This document shows, piece after piece, positions 40,156-53,809 of a stretch of 64,000 nucleotides of DNA. The notes below the pieces were generated by a model. That model saw only the letters and a program-made list of their open reading frames with translations. It searched no databases and had not been told where the DNA came from. The number at the start of each line of letters is the position of its first letter. The stretch's first letter is position 1. The translations under genes were made by a program, and so were the position numbers. The stretch is taken from NCBI GenBank assembly GCA_963924565.1, contig OZ004609.1:17298001-17362000 (forward strand), read 5' to 3'. The stretch comes from Ascidiella aspersa. Its lineage: Eukaryota.

Positions 40156-43100
40156 CCCCTAATGTTAACAAGCATCTCGAATTAAGCCGCGCTCAATTCG
40201 CGCAAATAATGTTCACGTAGAGATAGATATAGGTTTGTTGTCTAAACTCCACATGCTTTTATTCAAGCACCAACGCGAAGTAACACAAGAGAGATGGAGC
40301 GACGAGCAATGCCAAAATTAAGCACCGAACGTCCGGTATGCAATAATTCGACGTCATTCTAATCCCAACGGTGACTCGGGCGAATAACGACCATTACCGA
40401 CTTGGCACTATCGTCGAGTCCGCAATGTTGGCCTTGTGTACACACAGGACCTCATAGATGAGCAGTACAATGTCCGGCTATGTTCTGTTCACGTCAATCT
40501 AATAAAATAATAGTGGGGGTGGTGTGTGATGTTTGCGAACCGAACAAAACGTTTTTGCAACCTCGCTCAAAACGCTGTTGCTCGTCTTACCACAAACTTA
40601 TAGGCGCCGAGCGTAAAAGGTAAAACACAGCTCACGCCCGCTTTGTGCTCGGTGGAGTGCCAGATGCTTGCGGTGACAACATGAATTTCGACGCCCGACC
40701 TTTACAAACACGGAAACAGCGATATCCGAATTCGAATTAATAATATTTGCGCTGACAACAAATGCCTTCTCACATTCGTGCCGAGCCCGATCGGATGTTG
40801 TCACACCGGTCAACTATTCAGCCAGCTCCATTAACAGTGCCAACAAAAACACGACGCCGGAAAATGAACATGTGCCGGTCGTGTATACAGCTGACAATAT
40901 CGCATCGTCAGGCGATATTAAGCAAACTTCTGCGAACCTCCCCCAATCCACGCCTTTTACAACGGCCAGTTACTAGATGAAACTCGCAGGGCGCAACAGG
41001 TCGAAAAAAATAATTCACTATAATGGAAATTTAAACACATATTTATAAATTTATCACTAAACAGATGGAAAATATAGTACACCTGTATTAACAAAAGTTT
41101 GGGGTGTCTTTAAGAGTTACCATTGTCACTGTAAAACAGGACATTTCTAGAATTTCTAATTCAGGTAATGCAAAACTCAAACTGTCACTCTCAAACTAAG
41201 GGACATATGACCTTATGATGACATCGCCATACCAATTCAAGTTAAATTGTAAGTATATACAACGATTAAACTCTCGTATTAAAATATAATAAAATGTTCT
41301 GGCAATTTGTCACCTAGTCTCAGCATGAATGCTAACTATTTTTCTGCTTCATCATTCCCATCGCAAAGTGGGAACTGTGGAAAATATATCTTGTGTTCGG
41401 AGCCCTTGTTAGTGCCGTGAGTGACACAGCTGCCGTGGATTCAAAGTAACTGCTATTTCAAATCACACCATTCGCGTAAATTGTTAAACAACATAAACAG
41501 ATAGTATGGAATATTAGCCTGGCTCGCGTGCTAAAAACTCATGCCAGTCGCAGCTCGCCCTTTTTGTCGACCCAATGAGTTTGGGCAATTACCGACTGAA
41601 TCCATTAGCTCTGCGTCGCTCATAAGCTTTCAGGAAAACAAATTTCCAAGCTCGGACGTCGACAAAAATAACAAGCCACCTACTTTTGACAACGTCCATC
41701 AGAAGCTAAGGTTTTCCCAGTTATGTAAAATTGTCCAACATCTGTATGGCAATAACGACTATTTTTTTAGGGATATAGGCTTATTAAATTTTTTAACACG
41801 CAGCCAGTTTTTTTCGCTGCATGTTTTAAGTAGCACTTATATCTATCAAGCGTGTTTAGGTGCAATTGACCCTTACACTCGATTAAAATCAAATCGTCGT
41901 TCAAGGAAAAATATCTAAATGAGCCGGATTAAAATTCGCAAAGTAAACGGAAGATCGCCCGAAAACGTCATCTGCTCTAAACGTTAGTCATGTCAATATT
42001 TTAAATTGACCACAAAAAGGCGTACAGGACATTTACCGGTTATGTAGTAGTGGTCCGTCATCCCTGCCTTATCGTAACGTCGTCCCTCAGCGACAAACGA
42101 CTTTGCTTTGGCGCCACAGCGCTAACATACTACGGATACTTTGGAAGCTTGAAGAGCATCTCCAATAGGCGGGTCGAGATAAGCTAAGTGTGTTATAGCG
42201 GTAACGCAGCTCCACGAGAGCTTGATTAACCTATGATAGAGAGGCCCAATTCAAATCGCTCACTTCTTAAAATAAAATAATTACAATCAGCTATTCTCGC
42301 GATTCAAAAACAACATAACAAACCAAAGTCAGCACAATTACTATATGCTAACTTACAATGCCACGTTTCAAAGAAACTTGATTTACGTGCCAGGTATTAC
42401 GCACCTTATAGAGACTAGCGATATTTGTGCAGCTTATCGAGGTGCCCGGTTGTGAGTTGAAAACATGGGAGGTGGTAATAGTTACAAGTTGTCTATGAAG
42501 AGATGAAACGCGCCGCGGTTACATTGCTCGCATTTGTTTGCCTGCTTGCCGTATACCGCTGCGCGAATGCGAGCCTTGATGAGCAAGGCGACACCACGCA
42601 CGTATTTACTTCTCGAGTCGAAATCGAGCATGACATATCCGGTGCTGCGGCCGGGTGCGGGAGTAAACATGCCAAACCTTGTACTTTCCCACGACCGCTT
42701 TCGGCGTTCTGCAACAGCTTTTATCGCCCGAACGGATATGGATTCCATCGAGCGTGTCCGCCAGAAATTCCCTTTAAAATTGTCGTCAGAACTTTACCAT
42801 ATTACACTGAATTAACCTTGTTGTGACGATCATAACGAGGGGTTTATTTTAATTTGATGAAGGGAAGAATGCGTATCAGCAAATCTACGCATAGCTGCTG
42901 TCTAACAGTCAGATTCTGAAATTGCTTTTATATTCAGTTAAGCTTTGTTAACCACAATTGCGTCATGTAGTAAAACAGTAAACATATCACATGTTTACGA
43001 AAACGTGAAACCTTGACTACATTAAAACAAACCAGTGCATAATTATTAAGCCGTTTAAACCGGAACACAGCTTAAATGTTTGCAACCAGCGATAGCGCGA

Positions 43101-46100
43101 AAAAACAGCCGCGAGCGCTCGATGTCTGATAAAACGCTAAAGGCTTGGCGAATGCGACGAGCCACAATATGAGCAAGCAAAACTGGCTGCAGCTGCCAGC
43201 CACTCATGCCACTGCAGTTGCATCGCACAAACAGCGAGGCGACTTTTCGCTGGGATCGCAACGGCTTGCAAGTAAATGAAAGGTCATCATCTAAGTTGTT
43301 CTGCCGGCTGCAGACCTTAACGGTTTCCGCTTTCTCGGCCCAGCTGAGCGTTGGTGGCTCGGGCAAGCAGTTTTAATTGGGCTTGGCAGGTCGAGGCCCA
43401 GCGCAAGGCTTGAGCGGGACTGCCGTTACTTTCGGGAAAGAAGATGCAATTCGATATGGACAGTGGCGATCAGCGTTCAAAAGCGTGGCCGAGTAAAAGT
43501 ATTAGGCGCACTGACAAATTTTGGTGTTCGTGTTGATTTTATTATATCTTAATGATATGGACACCTACTTTTACGTCGCAACATTCAAATGAAGGGTATA
43601 CAATAAATCATTATTTGAAAGTTTAAAATAACTGAAATTTTACAGTTTGTTTTTAGTTTGAAAATTGTTTTCTACATAGAAGGTTTTTCTGTAGGAAAAC
43701 AAGTTCGTGAACAAACGACATAAAACATATTTTTTTGCGAAAGTCAGATTGGTTTTATTTTGGAAAAACATAAATGTTTCTAAATCTCTTCTCTATTTAT
43801 ATAACGGAAATACTATCGAAAAGTTTTACCTCACAGAAATTAATCACTCGACAATATTTACGACATTCGAAACATGTTTCTGTGCCAACATATTACGCCT
43901 TTTTACACAACATGCGCGATAGGCAATGTTTGATTAGACCTTAAAGAATTTAAGTTGTCTAGCTAACACTTTCTATATGCATATAACTAACTCTCTTACT
44001 TCCTGCAACAGAAGAACTAGCGAAGCGAGTTCGAGTAAACCTTCACCACGATGATACTGGGAGCGTCAATGAAGCAAGACAAATCGCCAATTAACCCAGG
44101 AACAGGCGAGAAAGAACAACAAGACGGGTGTCGGTTACTTCGCCCGCGAAGAATAGGGACCATTAGCTGGAAGAAGTGCTCTCGCGAAGGTGACACGTCA
44201 ATCCATTAGTTTTTGTTGCATTGGGTGTGGCATGTCAGGTGGATCACGTGGAATTGTCGTTTGCTGAAGTTTAGGCGGACCACACTCAAAAACGCTTTAA
44301 ATACAAATCGCGTAAAGTTTTTAACCCCATGTATTGTCAAACCCGGTTTTTCAATATTAAATAACCACCGATTTTGCTGCGCGACCTAGAAGAACTAAAT
44401 TACACACCAATTAAAAAAAATAGTGTTAGGAGTTACATCACTAATTTAACGCAGTTTTCTTGAAAAGTTGTTTAAAACATTCAGGCCAACGAAACGAGAA
44501 ACCAAGTGCAGATAAATATTTAACGAGTGCACAGTTAAATAATTTGCGTTTGTCAACTATATTTGCTAAAATGCTTACTAAAAAGTAAAATGCTTACTAC
44601 TGCTTACTATTTACTAAAAAAAAATGATAATTGCAAATCCCTACTAAATTTAAAACTTACCTGGCGAACTAATTTTATTTGCAGTACCTGCTTGGCCACT
44701 GCTACCGCAAGTCACGCACCCTAAAACGCGACGAGCACGTATCGTCGTACGTGGTCTGTGAGTCCAGTCGTCCGAAAGCCTTAAGAGATTTTCTACTGCT
44801 AATTTTATTATGGGCATTCGGTTTAAACTTAAACAGAGAGTAAGCTACCATGCAACAGACGCTATTTGTTCTAGTAAAGTCCACATAGTAACCTGAGAGC
44901 GATCCATCCAGCAACCGCGCCGCGGATCGCCTTACTTGGACGATCAAAGAATGGTAAAGTCACGCAAACAAAAAGCTGAGCACGTCCGAAACACAACGAC
45001 GAAACAACAAACCAGACCCACGCATCTCGTATACAACAACCCCCTGCACCACCTAGATGGCTTAAGGTAAGGTATAGACAAGCGGGACACGAACTTTGGG
45101 CCTGTGTGTCCTGTTTGTCTACAAGGGCACAACCACTATCGACATAGGGCAGCAAAAAGCGAAGCGGTATCCGATTCGGTTGCTCCTGGTGTGGTGTGCC
45201 TTTTGTCACGTGTCATCAGAACTGTTTCACGGTGGCGGGAAATTATAATTGCGATGTCGATGAGCCCACTTTGAAAGTGCCAAAAAGTTTAACTTATGGA
45301 ACCTTATGATAAAAATAATAAGTTGTTCAAATCGTCTTTTTAATAGTAGTCTGTATAGTTTTGTGAAGACATGTCTAATTTTATCGTACATTATAAAATC
45401 TCTATTTTTTGGTTATCTTACCAGAAATCAATTGCATACTTCATGTAACCAAATTATCAAAGCACTAAAACTACGATAAAAATATTATATATCAGATGAG
45501 CTGTTTATTAAACTTCAGTTTACATGCCAAGTAGTAAAAGATGTTCTTGTCCTCTCGCTTACGACGTGGTGTCCTACATTTATGCTATTGGTTATCAATC
45601 GCGGTAATTAAATGAACAAAAGCGTTAAATAATAAAAATGTTGTGAGGAATAAGTCGCAGGATACTGTAGAATTAGCTTCAACGTTTGATTTTTTTTTTT
45701 TGAAAGGACTGGGTGGAATGTCGTTCAAAGTATTTGTTGCACAGTATCGCAGGCAAACCCTCGAAAAGCGCAAGCCTAGAACCAATAAAAAATGCCAGGA
45801 CAAGTCCCATTGAATTGACAACCAAGCTTAAACATTCAATGACACGCTGCCCCAAGGAATGATTCTTGTCGCTAAAATAGCTTAATTATGATTCACGCAC
45901 AGACCAGGACAAATTTAAAATATTTTCGAAATATTGTTTAATTAAAAGTATATTGTAAGTATTAAGGAGTGATGAAAGTTCAAAACACTTCATAGCCAAC
46001 CTTGCTGCAGTGACTATGTATTTCTTTACGATAGAGTTGTCCAGTCTACTCCTTGGAGAATGGGAAATCAACAGCAAAGCATCCTACCCGCCAAAATGAT

Positions 46101-49100
46101 AATCTTTTGGATCGCAATGCGAGAAAGAAAAAAGGCCGGCGATCGGTTCTTAGTTGACGAATGCTAGAGAAGGGGTAGAGCCAATAATATACATGCCCGC
46201 CACGATTCAGCTAAGCATGAGACCACATAAGGCAGCCTGTCCCTTTCGGTCGCTTGCATATACACTATACACACAAGAATACCCGTCACTTGACACGTTC
46301 AGTCGTACACATACATTATGCATACGAGGGCAAAAGAAGAACGGACGCCAACCAAACATAGCGCGGCCGTAAAAGGATCGGAAGTGTGCATTATGTATGA
46401 TCTTGGTGACAGTTCGCATCCGGCTATATCCGTCACAAGAGACAAAAAATATTGGAATAATATCGAGATATCGCCCATTTATTTCTACAATTGTTGTATC
46501 TCGCCGCGTTAATATTTGTCACTGTTTATTTCAAGTATAGACAAATGCCAAAAATCGTATTTTTAACGTTCTTAATTTAGCGTTCATATAAAAAAGTAGT
46601 TTTGCCTAACGACATATTCATGTCAAGATTTTCTTATAATAAATAAAATACATCAACTAGGCACAATACCTATTTTTAATTGCTATAGACCAAAAATGAA
46701 CACATAGATTATAAACTGATGCTTACAAATTATTTTTGTTGCATTGAAATCTTATAGACAAAGACACTAGCCGACAGCATAAATCACACACCGTTCTACC
46801 TGGGATAATTTTAAACATAGCATAACACCGCAACAATACGGGTTATGCTCGATTATAAACCGCTATACAAACAAGTCCTGCTAAAATACTACACTCTTAG
46901 ATAGACACACAAACTGGTTTCCCAAAGAGACCTGCATATCGTATATCACTCACAGCCAATGCTAAAATAATCGCCTGTCCCAGGAACTCATTGAGTAAAC
47001 ATAGTTCACAAAAGAAAACGTAATAAGCCTCACAAGTAACGCGCTCTACGGTTCTAATAAATCTTCTCCGTAATGCCCACGTGTGCCACATTGCGCGCCT
47101 CAGCTGTTTAATAACGGACTTCTGCGACGCAGGAAATCGCGAGCACGCAAACAGGGGTGCAAAAGGTTATTGTCATAACGCGTCGACACTGCTTACAAGG
47201 ATTTGAAAACAAAAAGAAAAATCGAGCAACGCCGCCAAAAAATGCAGACTAACCTCCTACTTAGGCTATCTCGCAAAAGCGACCGAAGCTTGGGCGAATC
47301 GAGCCTGAAAAACGGAAAGGCAGTAAACATGGCCAACAGCATGGCCGCGACTAGGAAGCCGATGGCAGCGTGTGTGTGCGTGCACCTCGCGCCGCGGGGA
47401 AACTTCGTTCCAAAGCAAACACTTGAAACCCGGGCGAGCGCTACAGTGGAAACGGAGCCTACAAACCCGGCTTTATGGTCTGCTCGTACACAGCTCAAAC
47501 CACGGATGACCACCAGTCTAGCAGCCGGTACACTCCCATCAGCGAAATGATATTTGGGTAAACAAGGGGGTATTTGTTTGAAAATTAAAACCGACATCGA
47601 GGAGTAGAAAATTTGCTTAATTTGTAGAACGGTATCCCACCTAAAGAGTTATTTCATAATTGGATTTGCGAATCATACCAGACGTGCGTTGGAAATTTTG
47701 CGACAGAACCTATTGAAACTTGCGTTGTTGAAAAAAGTCTTTTTTAAAAGCTGTTGCATAGTTACGTGGGTTGTTTAAGGTATCGGTCTGAAAACGGCGA
47801 CAACTTTCTTTATAGATGCTGGTACGTATAATTCGTGTTACATGTGCTTACGTACCTCTTTATTATGACCTTTTTATGCAAGCTAAATATGGAAGGGACG
47901 AATCAGAAGTGACTGTGATATCAGGCAAAAGTCGTACTCCTGCAGATGGATGGTGCCAAATACCTTTATTAATGGCGTTGCAGCTAAACGACAGAGTGGC
48001 TAACGTCGTCTAATGGCCTGGATAAAAGGCTTTGTGATGTGCTTACTAATAGTAAGAGGTGGTTTCGCGTCGGCTACGTTTCACGGACGTTCGTGGCGGG
48101 ACAATGCGCTGCCTTGGTATGGCCACACGCGTCGCTTTATCAGTATATTTCGACATATTTCCGTCGTCAAACCGTTTCGGGATTATCGCTCGGCTTACGC
48201 GGGCTTAATCGTGAACGAAATCCGGCCGACCTGATAGAAACTTACAACGATTCATGCAGGGAAAATACGACTCTCTACTCGTGTCAATTGATTTAAAACA
48301 GGCCGTTTCAGCACAGTTCCGAATCAAGGTGATCGCGTTCATCGGAAAAGCTGTTTGTACAAGCGTATCCGAAGCGAGGTCGACGTAGAAACAACTAACA
48401 AATCTCATGTTTTTACTGTGCCGGTTTGTCGTTGGGATTGTGAATAGTGCGTCGAGGCTCGCGGGCCGCTCAATGCTGGTTCCAAAAATGCCTTCATTTC
48501 GATAGGACGGTCGTAAAAAACTGCGGCGTAGCACTGCACCTATTTGTAATTAACCACGCGTGTCGCTATTTTTAACGATACCCGGAGACGCCACCAAAAG
48601 ATCGGAAACAATTCGCGCTGGAACAAACGACAACAATGGGTCATTGTGACGTAAAACTTTCCTGGATTAAAACAACACGATGGCAGTGCGGCGCACTCAG
48701 AAGCGAAGAACCAAAGTTGGGCTGAATGAAAAATCCATCTTTTTGACATCCATCAATATCAAAACGTGGTTAAATTAGGGCGATTATTTTTTGTCCTAAA
48801 AAGTGAAAGATTTTTAACAGAAAAGTAACAATTTTGGACTCAGACTTAAATTTTGACTTAATAAGGCTACCTTGATTTAAACCAGACAATGTTGCAAAAA
48901 TGTCTGAATTAGTGTCTTGGCGTCGTTAGTCTACCTGGCAAGGAACACTTTTTGGTGTGCTAGACGCCAACTACCCCATAAAATTACACAGTAAACAGTT
49001 TATTTGAAACACAGGGTGAAAAAATGGCAAAAAAACAACACAGGCTTGGCATATTTAAAAATAGGAAATAGGCTAATTGCAAATCATCAAAAAACAACCA

Positions 49101-52100
49101 AACCTATTTAATACATTTGTCCATAATAAAGATATATGACTATCTTAGCACTAAGCACAGGTTTTTAATAAGGGGCGCGCCCCGCTAGGGGCCAATTCTT
49201 AGGGAAACTCGAGCTCTACTACAATATTTAACCTTTCGTATAGTAATATTAATGGTTCCACGCTTCGCTTAGTATAAATTTTAATTTTATACTGTGTCAC
49301 CCCTAAACTACACATGTGTAGAGATAAGTTACTGAAAATTTGGTTTATGATTTTAGATTTGCAAGTTTTTGAGCTGCTAGTTTTTATTCATTTTTCGGTG
49401 TTTTTGCCTTTTCTATTTATAATTGCCACTTTTACGACCGATTTGTGCTATATTTAGTTACAAATCTGGTTGAGTTAACGGAAATCTAATTTATACACAT
49501 GGGTTCGGCACCAGACCGTGCCCCCGAGCTATATTTTTTGTGCTTTACATTTATTCTGAATTGTAGGCGTTTTTTAGCTAACTCTTCGCGCGTATTACAT
49601 GTTCAGTTTGCACTGTCACATAGCTAATGATTTTATTCAATATTTTAGCAAACTATTTTTCAGGGGGTTTATTCAATACTTTGTGAGGGCAATTAACCCT
49701 ACAGCTACATAGCTGCCCAGAAATCAGACAAATAGTTAAAAAAATTGTAACCTACGGATAAGTTAGTAAAACTATCGTTTAACTAACACAAAGACCGAGA
49801 AGAAAATTGGATTAGTGTTAAGAAAATAAATTTACGCGAAAAAACTTTAACACGGGATTTTTGCTTTTATTTTATATTACATTAATAAAATAGGTAAATT
49901 ACTCGTTTTAACATGGTCAAAAATATATCGTTTACTAGTACGGCGCATCGACAATACTTATTTTGCGTACTCTCTTAACAACAACCTGTTTGGTTTAGTC
50001 TTTGTCTATATTCTCCTTCCTAATATAACCCGGGGTGTGCCTAACGTTAAACAGTGAAACAATTTATTTTAAAAGTATTATTATAACTTATGACCGGTTT
50101 GGCCAACCAGGGGCTGATATAAGGCCCTTTACTCATGTTCAGTGCAGTATAGGGCGACACCTTGCTCAAATCACTGATTTACAAGGATCGATATCGTATA
50201 TTGTATTACGTTCTAGGAACCCAGTGATTTCATATGAGAACCATCAACAGCCGCGTTGAAACATTTTTTTATCAATTCCTCCATGATATACAACAATTTG
50301 GCAGTATGTCGTCTCATTATTGTTGGTGTAAAAATTGAGCTTGAATCTCGCTAAGGAATCGCGTTTTTTGTGTAAAAAATAAATGGAATGATATTCACTT
50401 CTGTTCAAGTGTATAGTGTGGCTCTTTGCGGTTCATAAAATATTTTGAAGAAGTGTAACCTTTGGTCACTTACTGGTTTGCTAACCCTGGCCTATAACGT
50501 TTATGAATTAAGCGAATATAACATATTTCATTTTCCGATTGACTAGTAACCTCCGAAACAAACGGGAGTAATATATTAAAACCGCCATAATAATATAAAA
50601 TTTGTTACAACATAGAAATCCTTAATATATTATAGTACACATCAATCGTATGTATTGAAAAAACTGTGGCCTATGAAAAGCAACTGACATGTCCTTCATA
50701 AAATCGGGTGACAAAACGCGATTTAACACTAGCTGGTTTATGAGAGTTGTTTAACGAGAGGAATAATGTAACAGGGGTATTGTTTTGCAACTGGGTCGTT
50801 ATTCATTTGTCAAAGCTGTGCCATTCTCTGTTAAGGACTAAGTAAAGTTAGCGTGGCTTCGTAAATTTTCCCATTTCCAAGCAAACCGACCCTTATCAAA
50901 TCTTGGCCTGTGCAAACTGCCCATAAAAGCGCAGCTCTTCTCAAAGCACCGCGCGATACGCTTCATTTTGTAACTGTATTTTTGAAAGCGACACGCGACA
51001 CCCTAAGTCGCAAGGAAACGGGAGTGCCTGGGCCTTTTACCGCGCGAGTGCAATTGGTGCAACGAGCAAAGCAGCCCATTGTCTCGTGGAGGGTAAAGGC
51101 ACGCCAAACTCGCGGCCTCCCTCTACAAGTAGGAAATACTAACACCACACAGGGGGCGACGCCACTCAAAATGTCACAAGGTCATGTGAAAAGAGGATTT
51201 TTTAGCCCGCTGGTAGATTGGCGTGTAGCGTGATATAGAAACTAAATCACACGTTATATCGAAACGAAATCATATGTTTGCACATTCACTGTTCAGCCAT
51301 ATCTGATGAACTTACAAAGAGAAAGAAAAAAACGATGCGGACACCAACGCTAGCAGTTTTTGTATATTTCACCAAACCTTTGCACTATAACATGTAGAAA
51401 GTAAATTTTAGAGAGGCCTAACATCATATAAACAATACAATAAATCCCTGTGTTACCAATTGGTTGAATAGAATACAAAGTAAGTTTCTGTACTGGGGAC
51501 ATCTAAAAGTCTTAAAATGGTCAAGTTCAAGTAATATTCACGACTGGACAGTTGCAAAACATTAATGCCATAGGCAACATTTTTTTAATCAGTTTTTACG
51601 AATGGTGTTTTATTTTTATGGGAAATAGGAAGTGTTATAGCTGACCGCTGAATCTTCCACCAAATCGCCGCATGTCAGCCATCTTTGCAGACAAATATTG
51701 GGTCGACAAAGAACAAAAACTGTACGTACAGTAAATCTACGAATTATAGTAAAACCCCACCTAGTCGTCAAAACTTGGGAAGCGGAAGGCTGATTTGATA
51801 ACCCTTTTTTACGCTTCCTAATTATTATATCAGTCAAAAGAAAGAAGGATATACCATAATTACAATAAACGCCAGACAATGGTTCAAAAATCCAAAAGGC
51901 GTTTTAGCGGATTCTAAATCGGCGAGTTGAGGCGGAATGGTAGAAAACAAACTAATAACTTATTAGGTAGATTTTTCACCATAAGAAATCAAACTTGCAG
52001 ATATAAAGTCTTCCGCGCTATAATGTAATTCAATTATTCCAATATGCCGTTTTTGCACAAAGATTTACACTCCCCACTGCCTTTTCATTTAAAGCCTGGT

Positions 52101-52865
52101 TTTAAGCGAAGCAGAATTAACAACTTAGTCATCGAATTATGTACGCGGTTCAGCTTCCGGAATGGACACCATACAGCGGTATGCGCGTGAAGTTGAAGGG
52201 AAGGGTCGTAAAAACTGGGCACAACAAAGCGCCGAACGCAAGCAAAGGGGAGCCAAATTAACGCCGAGCGACTTGGGGCCAAGCGGTGCGTGTCCAACTG
52301 GGGACGGAAACGAACGCGTGAAGGGAAGGGCGTAATTACATTAGCGCTGAAGCGAGGGAGCGAGGCAAAAGCCTAATTAACCTCGCCGAGACCTTACGGT
52401 TAAGTGCTGGTGATTCTACTGAATAGCGTACTCTGCAACAACGGCGGGTGGTATCATCGCACTCCTTTAATTCGTTAGCAAAAATAGCAAACGATTTTCT
52501 TTTCTTTTGAATTTCTTATGTGACACGATTTTTACAAGTGATATAGCGGGACCTTGTGGCTGTTTTCTAGCGAGATTATTACAATTTGTCCCGATAGACA
52601 TTCTGCGGTTTGTGCATTTGGCAAGCTTTAGCAAGTCAACATTATCTGCTGCTACTGTTAAGCGTTTTGCATTACGACCCGCTAAGCTAGGCTAATACAA
52701 TCAACATAATCCAGCCGCGGACAACTGACATTGTCTCGACAAATTTGCAAATCTAAGGATAACTTTTAAATGAAGACGGGTCGCTTTATATTAAGCGCAA
52801 TGAAAAGAACTAAAACATTGTTACTGCGATAAGAAAATAACTGGATTCGAGATACAAGACGGTTT

Positions 52866-52871
52866 TTTATT
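52866..52871 (-). terminator. Polyadenylation signal AATAAA of SPATA5
   Basis: A minus-strand AATAAA lies about 57 nt after the TAA stop at 52928. Confidence 0.65.
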
Positions 52872-52927
52872 TTGTACACGAAAACACGCGTTCATGTCAA
52901 CTAATAAACCTCGCCCAACCAGGTAAA

Positions 52928-53104
52928 TTATTTGATCCGAGTTTGGAGCGTCCTTCCATATTCTTCATACATCCTGGCACGTTCACTGGTAGTCTGTGGG
53001 TGAACAAGCGAGATTGCCTTGACGAAATGCCGTTTACAAACCAGTGAAGCTTCTTGGTCGTCGACAAGTGCCTCTAGCGCCGCTTCGCGGCAAACGGAGC
53101 AGAT
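52928..53104 (-). CDS. SPATA5: SPATA5/AFG2A (AAA+ ATPase, 60S ribosome biogenesis), terminal coding exon
   Basis: The acceptor is TTTTTGATTCAG|ATC. The exon encodes ICSVCREAALEALVDDQEASLVCKRHFVKAISLVHPQTTSERARMYEEYGRTLQTRIK* (177 nt, phase 0). It continues the exon at 60803-60967 in frame, and CREAAL...KRHF is the AAA lid region. Confidence 0.92.
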   Translation of the reverse strand: MCSVCREAALEALVDDQEASLVCKRHFVKAISLVHPQTTSERARMYEEYGRTLQTRIK

Positions 53105-53711
53105 CTGAATCAAAAAGAGCGCGTCAAGTTTATTGGTAGGAAGTGAAGGGTTCGTAAAGTTTAGGGTCTTTTGCATAGTTAAAAATGGTTTCAGGCGTGT
53201 TTTGTTTGATACATTTAAGCACATAAATTTAAACGTAGACGTTTCTTTTTAATTTAAAAGAAACAACCCTTTATGTGCATTATCATATCTCAGTAAAATA
53301 GTCTTTGATCACGGTCTAAATTCCAACAACAAACATAATATAAATTCTAGTTTATTGGTAACTATGGCATAACACTGTGTCCTACAGTATGCAAATAATC
53401 GGGGATATCGATTTTCTTAAACGTTATCAAATCAAAAAAGCACCAATTCGTTACAGTTGTACTAGCCCGAAAATAGGACATCACAGCACAGGCAAGCAAC
53501 AATAAATAACGTGAAGAACAACCTTTTTTTTTTTTTTTTATGCCTAAAATATCCCACAACACATTCTTACAAAGGCCGAACTACCTAAATAGGCATGATA
53601 TTTAAACTATTTTTGAAAGAGGTATAAAACGTAAAATCATGTTTGAAAATTCAACCGAAATATATATTTCATCGTATTAGTAAGCTCATCAGATTTTAGG
53701 TTTTATACCTA

Positions 53712-53809
53712 TTTTATAAACAGTCTAAATGTCATCCCCTTCGAAAGCAAGCATCTTTATTTTACATTTTATTGTCAACGGGAGCTTCCCAACATTCAGA
53801 AGTGTTTCA
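53712..53809 (+). repeat. Dispersed repeat of about 100 bp, copy 1 (copy 2 at 57611-57705)
   Basis: The blocks TTTTATAAACAGTCT, TTTACATTTTATTGTC, CGGGAG and AAGTGTTTCA are shared in the same order and orientation. Confidence 0.75.

Noticed and set aside
48013-48234. 73-aa ORF with a hydrophobic N-terminus
   Set aside because: The signal-peptide pattern is weak, I recognise no homology, and there is no supporting gene structure.
53105-53224. N-terminal part of track ORF 52928-53224 (also the ends of ORF 60773-60979)
   Set aside because: These are intronic read-through. Splice sites define the real exons as 52928-53104 and 60803-60967.
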